The position numbers and the translations under genes were made by a program. Shown here one piece after another: positions 23,988 through 37,249 of a stretch of DNA of 64,000 bases (within the stretch, counting starts at the first letter, position 1; every line of letters starts with the position of its first letter). The notes beneath the pieces are model-generated. The model did not search any database, was not told where the DNA came from, and worked only from the letters and a program-made list of their open reading frames with translations. Source of the stretch: Mobula hypostoma (Eukaryota); contig NC_086097.1 in assembly GCF_963921235.1 (NCBI RefSeq), forward strand, positions 27,778,001-27,842,000. The letters run 5' to 3'.

Positions 23988-26018
23988 TATCAAATATTTA
24001 AAGTGCTTCACACATGCCTAAATAACTTGATCAAGAAAACATTCTCAGGATTTGCCATTGTCCAAGCCATCTGCCTCACTGTCCAGACAACAAAAAGTCA
24101 CAACACAACACACAATTCACAAATACTAAGAACATAGTAATACTGTAAATATGCTATCAAACTGTTTTGAAAGGTACAAATATTAATTAATGCTAAAAAT
24201 ATATTGTTAAAAAATAAAACTCCCAGTGTTAGTCTAGTGCACATGAACAAATCTGTCCTCAGAATAAAACAGGGTAAGACAACTCAGAGGATAGGCAATT
24301 CTCTTTGGAGATGGGAATTAATACAGCCACGCACTGAAAGGCAGTGTCCTTTGAAATTGCTAAACACCTGCTTTTAAAACAGGATCAGTGAAGAAATGCC
24401 AGGAATCCATGTTATTGAAGCAATGGAATCTGTTGGTTTACTTGTCATCTCTCAGCTATGTAGTTCTCTGGCCTCTGTTCAATTCTTACCTCAGTGCATC
24501 TTTAGGAGCAGGCACTAAACCAAGGCCTGCATACATCCCCTTCTTTGGATGCAAAACAATCCCATTGCAATACTTTGAAGAATTAGTTATATTGAACCCT
24601 TAAACTTCACAAAAAAAAACTTCACCAAACAAGTTCACCTGCCTCTCGATGCACTACTGCCCTGTTCCTTACAATAATGATTACACCTCATTTGGTTATA
24701 AAGCATTTCCAGCTGGCCTGAGGTTGTTAAAGAAATGCAAGGTGTTTCCTGTTACTGTATGAATAAATACAGTTTTTTTTGTTGAGGTGAATCGGAGATA
24801 ATCTTACATTAAAATCTGATTGAATTCCTTCTATTTTGTACTCCATAAGAGTATACTGGTGTTTGCAGGAGGTCTCTGGGAATGTGGCATTTGGTGTGTA
24901 AATTGCTGTGACCAACTACATTTAAACCAATCTTGTTTGTCCATTGACACCATTTGCATCGGCCTGCATTGGGACTGTACCTACTGGGGTTGGTCTGTAT
25001 ACCGATTGTATCTGATTCTACTACCTCCTCTAACAGTGAGATCCAGCTAACAACCACTCTGTGTGAAAAAAACACTTTATTGGATACATTGCTAGCCTGT
25101 ATTGCATAAACTCTTTAAAACTCCTTCCTCTCAAGATTTAAGATTCAAGTTTACATCGAAGCATGCATTAAAGCTGCGTCATTTGCATTAACTAATACTT
25201 CAGAGGGTGAGCAAGTGTCACCACACATTCCAGTGCCAACATAGCATGGCCATAATGCTCTGCAAAACAACACAGAACACAACAAGCAACAAACAACAAC
25301 AGCAGAAACAAGTCCTGTTCCTCCCTCTCATCCACATACATCTACAGTACTTTAACCTCTTAAAACCACTTAAACCCGCACCTTAAACCTATCCCTTCTT
25401 GTTTCTAATACTCCAGCAAGGAAAAGGATTCTACTGTCTACTCAATCTATGCTTCTTATCATTTTATGAATCTCTACCAACTTACCTCTCAGCCTCCTTC
25501 ACTCAATGAAAAACATGCCAATTTTATCCAATCTCTCACCATTACTAAAATCTTTTAATCTAGGAAACATCCTGGTGAATATCATCTGCACTCTCTCCTA
25601 TGCAGTCACATCCTTCCTATAGCTAGGCGACCAAAAATGGACACTATTCTCCAGGAGGTACCTAAGCAGCATTTTGTAAAGTTACAATTTAAGATCCTAT
25701 CTCGAGTGTCAAGAGATACTGCATTTTTTCCATACACAAAGGTGTTTAAATCCTTTACACACTGAAAGTAAACGGACAAATTCATGGAATTACCTAGCAA
25801 ATACTTTGGAAAATGGGGCAGAATGTAAATGGTTAGATGTAAACTATAGGCAGATCGGATTAAAAAGATGTAATGTGTCAGACTTCATCAAGTCTCCCAA
25901 ATGGTTAACACTCCTTAATTTAATTGCAATGTGAAAGATGGGGTTATATTTTTCATTAACTTTGAGAAACATTACTTACTTAAATATAACTCTATTTTTT
26001 AAAAAGTAAATGACCAGG

Positions 26019-26290
26019 ATGTGTTGGCGCATGGCCAAGTGGTTAAGGCATTGGTCTCGTGATCTGAAGGTCGCTAGTTCGAGCCTCTGCTGAGACAGCA
26101 TGTTGTGTCCTTGAGCAAGGCAGTTAACCACACATTGCTCTGCAACGGCACTGGTGCCAAGTTGTATCAGCCCTAGTGCCCTTCCCTTGGACAACATCGG
26201 TGGCATGGAGAGGGGAGACTTGCAGCATGGGCAACCGCCAGTCTTCCAAGGTGCAAATCCATGGTCTCACAAGACTAACAGATACCTATA
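26019..26290 (+). mobile_element. tRNA-derived SINE with CORE-like domain
   Basis: A box TGGCCAAGTGG, B box GTTCGAGCC, then GTGTCCTTGAGCAAGGCAGTTAACC; approximate TSD AA(A/T)TGACCAGG. Confidence 0.75.
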
Positions 26291-28139
26291 AAAAATTTAA
26301 TTGACCAGGGTTCCATCTGGTTTGTACAAGTGATCATCCGTGATTAATGGGATCCCATTAACTGCTTTTCTCAACTAGATGCCCTCTCTGTACAAAGTAA
26401 CAATGCTCATGTGAGTAGGTACTGTATCACTGTAAAGTTTACTGTTAATGCAGAGAACTTACATTAGAAATTATTCCACCCATGTGGGGAACAAGAAACA
26501 GAAAAGGTCAAATGTGTACAAATATGAAAAGTAACAGGGATCTATTCTACAACTGCTGTGATGTAACTAAATACTGGATTTAGTATTTGGCCTCGATTGT
26601 GAAGGGACTCCAGGTGTGACTGGTGCTTGGTATACACAAAGTGAGCAAAATGCACAGATTATCCTCCCAGCTCCAACCTTTTTCCTGAATACTCTACAAA
26701 CTATTCTGCGCTTTCTACAAATGCTGCCTGTTTCTTGGATTTCACAGCCTTTCCTAGTTTGTACCAAGACGTTGTCAGAAATGAATGAAAATTCAACCAG
26801 TGAGCTCCTCTGCCACTCGATTACTAGCAAGATCCACTCTGAGTTGTTCTGGTGATCTCTGGTTCCATATTATAAAGCCCTAGCTTCTTAAACAGGCTTG
26901 TGTAACCTGGCATAGATACATCTTCAGCTCCATGGTTAGCATCTACCAGCCATAGAATTATAGAACACAGAAATAGGCCCTTCGGCCCAACTAGTCCATG
27001 ATGAGCAAGATTCCTATCTGAGCTAGTCCCATTTGCCAGTGTTTGGCCCATATCCTCCTTTCCTACTTGTGTGCCTTTTAAATGTTGTTAATGTACCTGT
27101 CTCCACCACATCCTCTGGTAGCTCATTCTATATCTTCTGGGTGAAAAAGTTGCTCCTTGGGTTTCTATTAAATCTCTCCCTGCTCAACTTAAAAGCTAGA
27201 AGAGTGAAAACTAAATGCTAATAAATCCTTGAGTTAAAATATTTAAGTAAAAAATGGCCTTGAGTTAAACTAGTTAATCCTTGAGTTAAAAGTTTATTAG
27301 GTGTGATTTCTGGGAAGGGCCATAGTTCCTTTAAACCTGTTGCCAAATATTGGTGATTGCTTATTGCAATTTCCTCTGTACATTTCAAGTTGCTGTTGAG
27401 CCTGGTTTAACAACTGGGAGAGGCAATCTGGCCTTTGCACTATGTTTACTGTGAAATACTTCTTCCCTGTAACTCAGGCTCTCAACAATTTCCAGTATAA
27501 ACTGCTGGGAAGTAGAAATGGTATGAAGCCAGCAGGAGATGTAAGCAGACAGATTCTGATGTTACATCCATTACAGATCCGTGGACAACACAGAAAACAG
27601 CACCAAGCTGGTTGGCAAACTTTCCATTAGTCAGGTGGCAGTACACTCACAGCACAAGAACCTGCCAATATATTCAAGCAGTGACATGACAGATGTATTT
27701 TATTTGACACAATCTAGAATGTGCTTGGTGGGGCTAGGGAGAAACAGTTCACCTCCTGCTGGATGGCAGGGAAGCGACAGGGAATTGGGATCAGATTGAC
27801 AAGTCTTCCTGGGAGCTGATTTTGTGTTCTCTTTAATATCACAAAGAGGTCTACTCAGGCACGTGTCTACTTAATGTCAGCCTCAGGGGAACCCAAAACA
27901 AGACACAGTAAACGAGAGACTGACACTTAGCAAGCCAGCAGGGAATTCAGTACAAGTTTAAGAACATAAGAAATATGAGCAGGAATCAGCCCGTCAGGCT
28001 TGCTCTGCCATTCAATAAGATCATGGCTGATCTGGCCATGGACTCACCTATAATTACCTGCCTTTTCCCCCATAGCCCTCATTTGCCCTATTATTGGAAA
28101 AAAGTTTCTTGATTCAGAGAGTGAGGAGAACTTGGAAGT

Positions 28140-28445
28140 TGGTGTGGCACATTGAGACAGCGAGCAGAGTTGCATTTTCACAGTGCTATAGATCAAGGTC
28201 CAATTCCAACCTGTGTATGGAGTTTGCACTGGATGGAGTTGTGAGCATGTGTGCCTTCTTGAGGTGCTCAAGTTTGCTCCCACATCCTAGAGATATGTCA
28301 GTGGGTAGGTCAACTGGCAGCCCCTGGTGCACGTGGAGTGCTGGGATTGATGGGAATGTACGGAGAATACAGGGACATTCAGTGAGCACTGGGATTGCTC
28401 TGTGAATTGGCATGGACTTAACAGGACAAATGGCCTCCTATGTGG
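28140..28445 (+). mobile_element. V-SINE-like (HE1-type) remnant; another on the minus strand at ~31260-31400
   Basis: TGTATGGAGTTTGCAC...GGTGCTCAAGTTTGCTCCCACATCC central domain with a CR1-like tail. Confidence 0.6.
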
Positions 28446-28864
28446 TAATGAAATATAAAAAAAAGTAGAACTAAAAAAGTCAGAGACTTCTTCCCAATGT
28501 GGAAATGGCACAGTTTTAAGCAGATTGGAAGAAAGCATAAGGGGGATGTCAGAGCTAAGTTCTTTACACAGAGAGTGGTGAGTGTGTGGATGGCGGTAGA
28601 GGCAGATACATTAAGACATTTTAAAAACTCTTAGACAGGCACATGGATGATAAAAAAAATGGAGGAATATGTAGAAGAGAAGAGTTAGATCTTAGAGTAG
28701 GTTAAAAGGACAGCACAACATCATAGGCCAAAAGGTCTGTACTGTGTTGTAATGTTCTATGCTCTAAAAAGGACAAGGGAGAAAGGAACAAAAGGATATA
28801 ATAAAAGATGAGCTGACAGGTGTTGACAGGATGGTTGTGTGGTGTAATAAACACTGGTACAGCC

Positions 28865-30205
28865 CATAAGACCATAAGACAAAGGAGCAGAAGTCAGCCA
28901 TTCGGCCCATCAAGTCTGCTCCACCATTCTATCATGTTGCTGATCCAATCTCCCATTTAGTCCCACTCCCCCAGCTTCTCACCATAATCTTTGATGCCCT
29001 GGCTACTCAGATACCTATCAATCTCTGCCTTAAATACACCCAATGACTTGACCTTCACTGCTGCCTGTGGAACAAATTCCACAGATTCCTCTGGCTGAAA
29101 AAATTCCTTCGCATCTCTGTTCTGAATGGGCACCCTTCAATCCTTAAGTCATGCCCTCTTGTACTAGACTTCCCCATCATGAGAAACAACTTTGCCACAT
29201 CCACTCTGTCCATGCCTTTCAACATTCGAAATGTTTCTATGAGGTCTCCCCTCATTCTTCTAAACTCCAAGGAATACAGTCCAAGAGCGGACAAACGTTC
29301 CTCATAATGTTAACCCTCTCATTCTCGGAATCATTCTAGTGAATCTTCTCTGAACCCTCTCCAACGTCAGCACATCCTTTCTTAAATTCCACCGAGATGC
29401 AGCACAGAGCGTCATAGGAAGTCATTCCTGCCTGTGGCCATCAAACTTTACAACTCCTCCCTTGGAGGGTCAGACACCCTCAGTCAATAGGCTGGTCCTG
29501 GACTTATTTCATCATTTACTGGCATAATTTACATATTACTATTTATGGTTCTATTACTATTTATTATTTATGGTGCAACTGTAACGAAAACCAATTTCCC
29601 CCGGGATCAATAAAGTATGACTATGACAATGACTATGACTATAAGGAGCCTAAAACTGCACACAGTACTCCAAGTGAGGTCTTACAAGTGCCTTATAGAG
29701 CCTCAACATCACATCCCTGCTCCTATACTCTATTCCTCTAGAAATGAATGCCAACATTGCATTCGCCTTCTTCACCACCAACTCAACCTGGAGGTTAGCC
29801 TTAAGGGTATCCTGCACGAGGACTCCCAAGTCCCGTTGCATCTCAGAACTTTGAATTCTCTCCCTATTTAAATAATAGTCTGCCTGTTTATTTCTTCTAC
29901 CAAAGTGCATAACCATACACTTTCCAACATTGTATTTCATTTGCCACTTCTCTGCCCATTCTTCCAATCTATCCAAGTCTCTCTGCAGTCTCTCTGTTTC
30001 CTCAGCACTACTAGCCCCTCCACCTATCTTTGTATCATCAGCAAACTTAGCCACAAAGCCATCTATTCCATAATCCAAATTGTTGATGTACAAAGTAAAA
30101 AGAAGCTGCCCCAACACGGACCCCTGTGGAACACCACCGGTAACCGGCAGCCAACCAGAATGGGATCCCTTTATTCCCACTCTCTGTTTCCTGCCAATCA
30201 GCCAA
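28865..30205 (-). mobile_element. 5'-truncated CR1 LINE
   Basis: ORF 29650-30354 carries PQGSVLG..KFADDTK..RPHLEYCVQF; (TCTTATGG)n tail near 28865. Confidence 0.9.
29386..29640 (+). mobile_element. Short Rex1-tail element with (TATGAC)n tail, inserted antisense in CR1
   Basis: Same 5' end ATTCCACCGAGATG as the copy at 10337; the host sequence CTTAAATAAGGAGCC can be rejoined. Confidence 0.88.
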
Positions 30206-33200
30206 CCCTTAGGTAACACACTGAGCATTCTGGCTTTCCTCTTGCCATCCTCTGAATGTGTTACCAATGTGAATGGCCTGTTTCTGTACATTCTATGTAA
30301 ACCAAGATACTGTGTTATTTTAATGGGGGAGATAATGTAGGAATTGTAACACATTAACGCTGGTAATGTGCCCTGCGGCTTGTTTTAATACTAATGTTTA
30401 CACCCAGGGGATATCAGACTAACGGCACTCATAGCAGTAACATTTTAAATTTTGATGGTTAACATTTACCTAACACAACAAAGGTGGTTGTTGGCAAATT
30501 TAAATATGTTCTGTTGAAAGGTCATCAAGTTGAAAAGTCATTTCTGGCTTCTCTATCCCTAATGCTTCCAGCGTTTTCCATTTTTATTTTAAACAGTTTG
30601 TTACTCTGTACTTGAGATTGGGGTGGAGGGTGGGGGTTGCAATGACGGGATGTTAATATTACACTAGAGTAACTTTGCTACTATTTCTCTTTGCAATCAT
30701 ATGGAAAGTGATTCTGTGTCTATATTTTCTCAGAAGGTTAAGGGGGTTTGGCATGTTCCTTCTTGTAAAAACTGAGTATAATTTGTTTATTTTTTTCTTG
30801 TGAGAGCTGTTTTTCTGATGCTATGTGCCTGTTATGCTGCTGTTAAGTTTTTAATTGTACCTGTGTACATACGTACTGTGCAGATGACAATGAACTCGAT
30901 CTTTACTCTATTTATTGTCAACTGAACAATGCTGTCACTGAAAACTAATGCATCAATTAGTTTCAACAAAATGTTCCGTGGTTGCACTTATCTAGTTTAC
31001 CTGGTTAACCTGTGGAGTGTTTCTACATGGGCTTTGCAGAGACTGGAAACATTCAGCAGGTTAGGCAGTATTTGCAAAGATAGAAACAGTCAATATTTTA
31101 GGTGAATGACCTTTCATTGGGACTTCATTTTTGGCAGAATTTTTGTTTCAGATTCCTAGAATCTACAAGTTTTATTTCAGTTACAGTGGAACTATGTACA
31201 CTTTTCATCCGACTGCAGTCCTGTAATTCGACTGGTGAGGATGAAGCCTGCAGCAAGCAGGCACCATCTTTGGAATATGGGAGGAAACTGGAACACCCAG
31301 AGGAAATGCATGCAGTCACAGGAGAACATACAATGTCTTTATGGGGAGAGGTGGATTTGAACCCAGATCGCTGGTGCTGAGGTGGTGTTACTAACATGTC
31401 ATTACCGGGGTTAAGAAGGGCAGTGTAGAATGGAGGGGTTCAGTATGATTACTCCTGCAGGGATCAGGCACATCTGTTATGGGATAAGTGGACAGATATG
31501 CACCAGAACTGTATCCTTGAGATGGTTCGATCACATTTGCTGTACAAATTGTTCTATTCCTTAAGACAACAAAGAATACCTAAATTTATGGCAAAGCAAA
31601 ATGCTATTTTCCTGTAAGTGTCAATAAAGTGTAATCATTATTGTGGAGCAAGATGCCCTCACAGACTTGCAATGTTAGTCATTGAAATGTTCTGAATTAA
31701 ATTGCATCAATCTCATAGCACATTTGTACAATGGACAGTTGTCCTCAACACACACAATAAATCCACAAATAATTTTTCTTTTTAAAAAATACAATGAATA
31801 TTTGCCAACCTCCTTTTAAGAAGTTGCATTTAAAACAATTTGACTTTAATGTTCTAAAAAGTCTTAAAAGCTTTCACAGGCTCACCTGAATAATGCTTTC
31901 AACTTTTAAAAACTTTGTACAAGTCGCTAGAAAGCTATAATAAACTTATCAATACTTTACTCATTTTCCTCATTAAATAATCAATAAATATATTACGGCA
32001 GTTCCCCTGTAAGAACAATATTCTACTTTTAATCAAGCTTTGTAAAAGTCAATATTATACAGGGTTAAAAACTATATGCAAAAATTCATGTTCAGTATGA
32101 TTTTGTTTAAACATATAAGCCCAACTCCCTTAAGTATAAAGACTTGGAGGAGAAGAGGTTTTGAATAGTTTTGCACTGTGTATTGTGTACAGCTCTGTAG
32201 AGTATGTTTCACCTAGACTGAAGAGAAGCCTGTAGCTCTTTAAAACTACTGGTCGTATTGAACCTGGATGCATAAAGAAATTAACAATGCAATCTGTTCA
32301 ACATCTTAATATTTACAAAGTCCCAAAAAACGATGGCAAGATTATAATGAAAGAAGCCTCTAAAAAGAGACTGCACAATTCAGCCTGGACCGTGCACCAA
32401 ACATTTAGAGATGCAATGGTCGACACCCACTTAAAGCACACCATGTACTCTTAAGGGTGTGGAGTAATTTAGTAATCCCCATGCTGAGAAAACTCATACT
32501 AACATTAAAAAAATACATTTTTAAGAACTTCCCTCAGATACTGTCCAGGCATACATGGTTAACAGATTCATAATACACCCAGTGCAACATACCCAGTAAC
32601 AGTAAATAAAATATAATTAAAATGGTTGAAAACTTCCTGGGAAAACTTTGGCATCAAAAGTGATGTGGCATGTTACGTGAAGAAATCTTTGGATATAATC
32701 CACTTCAATGACCTTTAGTGAGATTTTGCCATACACATATCAATGATCATTCAGATATGTCCGTTGAGACACTCCTCCCATCACTTACAAAGCTCCATCT
32801 CTGGACAGTGTCTTGAATTTAGATGAGTAATGTAGCAGTATGTCTACATTAATAATTTATGTTAATGGCACCATAGCCTCAGAGTTACTTGGACTGAAGG
32901 ATATTTTGTTTTCTCCATTGTATTTTTAATAAGTGTTCCACTAGAGCAAACATTAATCAACTTCACAAACTTTGAGCTTTGCACGACACTGACATTCAAA
33001 GGACAGGACAGCTGTAATGGTGTTTTTTGTAAAGTCCTATTCAGTACAATGACAGATTGGATGAGGGGGTTGCTGAGGAATAAGATATCTGCCTGTGTTT
33101 TATGCCCTGATCTTCCCAGGAAGTTTCAACTGCAAGTCCCCACTGGTAAAATAAGCACAGGAACAATTGTAATAGGGCGATCCAGAACCCAGGCCCATCT

Positions 33201-33959
33201 GCTCTCTCTGGCCTTCATTGTTCCTTAAGCTGATAACCAAGCAGAGATACAGATAAATACAGGTAGTCTTCACTCAAAGCAATCCCTCAAGCACAGAGAT
33301 ACATTGTTTAAATATGACCGGTGGGCAAGATTGCATTGGTACGAAAAATTATGGCCCTTGCTTTTGGTCATGTAGATCACAATGATAACATTTCCTTTTC
33401 AGTAAGGTATCATACTTCGAAAAGTTTCCTATTCACACGAAAGAAATCAGAGACAACAGACTTCTAAAAACTCAAACCCCAAGGTTATTTGAAAATTATT
33501 TTGTACTCGGTCACAGATCAGATCAGATCAAAACTGACATAGGCTAAAAGTCAGATGTTCCTCTGTGCCTCCATGACTGATAAAGAAAACTTTAGATGCA
33601 CACAAGAGACTGCAGATGCTGGAAGTCTTGAGCAACGCACACAGAATGCTGATGGGACTCAGCAGTTCATAAAGCCCGAAACGTTTATTTCTTTCCATAG
33701 ATGCTGCCTGACCTGCTGAGTTCCTCCAGCATTTTTTTTTAGAGAAAATGAAAACAGCAAGTGCTGGAAACAGGCAAGTTGGTGGAATATGTGGAGGGGA
33801 GAAAAATAACTGTTGTGTTCTTTGCAGAGTAGATGTGCATTTTAGCATGCACTATTTTCATTTCAGGTTTCCTTCTGCAGCATTCTGCTTATATTGCAAT
33901 TTATATTTCATTAGAGAGTGTAAAAGGCATTAGCGAAAGTCAAAGATGGGAATCAGCTT

Positions 33960-34490
33960 CCTGAACACAAGGATTTTGTAGATGCTAGAAATCTAGAGTA
34001 ACAAAGACAAAATGCTGGAAGAACACAGCAAGTCAGGCAGTGTCTATGGAGATGAATAAACAGTCCATCTTTCAGGCAGAGACTACTCATTAGGACTGGA
34101 AAGGAAGAAGGCAGAAGTCAGAATAGGTAGGTGGGGGGAGGAGAAGGAGTACAAACTGGCGGGTGATAGATGAGACCAGCTGAGGGGTTAGGTGCTTTGG
34201 TTAGGGAGGGGGATAAAGTGAGAAGCTAGGAGGTAAGATGTGGAAAAGGTAAAGAGCTGAAAGAGGAGGAATTGGACAGGAGAAGACAAAGGACCATGGA
34301 AGAAAGGGAAGGAGGAATAGCACCAGAGGCAAGTGATAGGCAGTGAAGAGTAGAGAAGGGATAAGAGGGGAGCCAGAATGGAAAAAGAGATGGGGTCAGG
34401 GGAAAGGAGAAATTATTGGAAGTGGGAGAAATCAATGTTCACGTCATTAAGTTGGAGGCTACCCAAACAGAATATGTGGTGTTGCTCCAG
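33960..34490 (-). mobile_element. Penelope-like element terminal (pLTR) remnant with degenerate hammerhead motif
   Basis: Homologous to the reverse complement of ~42970-43425; minus-strand CAGTCCTAATGA...GAAAGATGGACTG at 34061-34098. Confidence 0.65.
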
Positions 34491-35328
34491 AAGTTGGAAA
34501 ATGTGGCAAGTTTTTGGAAGCCTGTTGCTTGTTGTGCATAGAATCTGTGACTCTCACCTGCAACTACTGTGGGGCAGGTTGAGCATCTATCATTCTATTC
34601 ACCTGAATTCCTATGGATAATCTTCACTGAGTTTTTGCTAAAATGACTGAGCTGCAGTTTACCTGCAGATGTACTTAAAAATAATATACACTTTCATCCA
34701 ACAGGGGACTTCACATCATAAGGGTCCCTGCAGTACAAATAGTGCGTAAATTTTCCGTGCAACAATGCAGCACAGATTATTTATATTAGCAAGAGCAGAG
34801 TCTGCATCACTCAACTATCTAACTATTGGTCATTCATGAACACAATTACCAAGCAAGACAAGCTGTTGGCTGCGAGACAGCAGTAGAGAAATTAATGGCT
34901 GGAACACAAACTTTTTAAAAACTTGTACTAACAGGTTTGCTACAAGATTATTGCTCATGCAAGAAATAAACAGATTACATGCCAAATAATACATTTATAA
35001 CAAAGCATTTGGCAACAGAAGCCAAACATTTCTATCAAAAAGCCATTGCTTCACTATATAAGCAACTTACCAAATGGTACCCACCCACCCACTCTAACAA
35101 ATAAAACAGCATAAATAAAAGTCACCTTAGGACTCAGATTTCTCAAATGGTTCACACACTTTACACTCCTGCAGTGTTCATAGTTAGTAACATAACAACA
35201 AGGGTTTATTTTGAAGGTGAACAATTAAAATAAAATCTCCCAACCCTGCTGGGAATATAAATTTCTTCTCAGATTGCCAGGAGACAAACAGCACCAAGCA
35301 CCAAGAAAGCAGGGAGATAAACCTGCTA

Positions 35329-35864
35329 CACACAAAATGCTGGAGGAACTCAGCAGGTCAGGCTGCATTTATGGAATTGAATAAAAAGTTGACATTTCAG
35401 GCCGAGACCCTTCGTTAGGACTGGAAAGGAAAGGAGAAGAAGTGAGAAAGAGAAGCTGGGGGGAGGGGAAAGAGTACAAGTTGGCAGCGTTAGGTGAGCG
35501 AGTCTGAGCTCATAGTTGAAGGTTTAGCAGAGACCTTGAAGGGGAGCAGTGAGACAGTCTTAATGAACTCCCATCAAAGAGAATATTTAAACTTCTTCAG
35601 GGTAGGTGTACCTTGAAGAGAATTCACAGTGGAGCAGCAAATCATAAACATGAGAGATTCTGCAGATTCTGGAAATCCTTAGCACTCACACAAAATGCTA
35701 GCAGGTCCAGCAACAGCTATATATAGAAACTCAATGTTTCAGGCCAAGACGGTTCAAGACTGTTTATTCCTCCCCACAGATGCTACCTAACTTGCTGAGT
35801 TCCTCCAGCATTTTGTGCATGTGTTGTTCTGGATTTCCACCATCTGGAAAATCTCTTGTGTCTA
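35329..35864. mobile_element. Penelope-derived insertion with inverted terminal segments and a perfect 14-bp TSD
   Basis: TSD AGATAAACCTGCTA at 35315-35328 and 35865-35878; CACACAAAATGCTGGAGGAACTCAGCA and its inverse; hammerhead-like motif at 35388-35424 on the minus strand. Confidence 0.8.
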
Positions 35865-36885
35865 AGATAAACCTGCTAAGTTTGCACCAAAACACATCAG
35901 GCTGCTGGGTGCTTTGATACTGAGAGAGGAAATGCAGGAAAGACAACTGAGAGTGATTCCAATACTCCAACAGACAGAGCAGGAATATCAAAGTGTCTGG
36001 AAAAGAATTAACACCAAGTGGCAGCTGTAAACAGTCTAGCAAATAATCTGAGAAATCTGAATCCTCTGCCTACCTCTGTTGCATATTTTATGTACATCAA
36101 TAGATCTATTTATACAGCAAATCTGTCATCGATACAGTCTTTTAGATAAAGGTAAGTTAGTAAACACCGCGCTTTCATCTTACCTTCAATCCTTTCAGGC
36201 CTGTACAACAGAGATATGTTCTTTGAAAAATACACCTCATAGATGTTTGCATACTGCAGCCATTCTTTCACACAAAAAATACACAGAGTAAAGAACTAAA
36301 AGCCCTTTGAATGCCAGGCACAGAGTTTCACTCTCTGCAGTACATCTATTTTTGAATCTTTTAAAAATCAGTCCCTGTTCCAATATACAGAATATTACAT
36401 ACAGAAATTACAGCACAGGAACAGGCCACAGGCCCAAGTGGTCCATGTTGCTTTCATGCTCTCTCAGAGCCTCCTCCTGCCCTACTTCACCCTGTCAGTA
36501 TGGGCCTTTTGTTCTGTTCTTCCTCATGTATTTAGTTATTTTGCCCTTAATCACAACTACTCTATTCATTCCAACAATTACATGAGGTAGCACGTTCACC
36601 ATTCTTGACACTCTTTGGGTAAAGACGTTTCTCCTGAATTTCATTATTGAATTCATTATTTGGATCTTGTACTTAATGACCCCCTAGCTCTGGATTCCCC
36701 AGAGAAAACTGGGTCAATCAACCTTGTAGGACAATGCAGGACTATCTACATATACACAACATAAATAAATGTCACAAGATACTATGGAGGAATGCATTTA
36801 AAAATGGCATGTGGTCTTCAAAGGGTTATACGGATGATTAAAACATGATTTTTTTTTTAAATTGTGAAAGAGGGACTGTAGCAGC

Positions 36886-37125
36886 TTAATCAGAGAACTG
36901 GAAGATACTGTCTGTGTTATTGCTGTCCACTGGGTTGCTGGGCTGCATCATTGGGGTGGGAGTGGTCTTGCCTTGGGACTGGGAAGAGGAGGAATGGGAA
37001 CTTTCACTGGAGCTGCTCCGCGTCTCAGTGCTGGTGCTAGTTTTCTTCATTTTGCGCCTTTTCGCCAGGGGTGCCTTGTCCACATTCTGAAGGCAAAAGC
37101 CCTCCCTCTTGCACTTGTTGAAGGC
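36886..37125 (-). CDS. RPS6KA5: RPS6KA5/MSK1 last coding exon
   Basis: Polypyrimidine tract and CACAG acceptor, then AFNKCKREGFCLQNVDKAPLAKRRKMKKTSTSTETRSSSSESSHSSSS...FQFSD* (TAA at 36886-36888). Contains the MAPK-docking/NLS motif LAKRRK of the MSK1 C-terminus. Confidence 0.95.
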   Translation of the reverse strand, partial: AFNKCKREGFCLQNVDKAPLAKRRKMKKTSTSTETRSSSSESSHSSSSQSQGKTTPTPMMQPSNPVDSNNTDSIFQFSD

Positions 37126-37249
37126 CTGTGATGGGGCAGAAAGAGAGAGAAAAAAACAGAGAGGTGGGATTCACTTCATTATGCATCTACATGAACTACA
37201 TTCTGCCTTCAATGTCAAAGTAAAAGCCGGTAAGAAGGTTATTGTTAAG

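Noticed and set aside
26025..26100. Possible tRNA gene (A and B boxes)
   Set aside because: It runs directly into a SINE body with an approximate TSD and I see no clean acceptor stem, so it is a SINE head.
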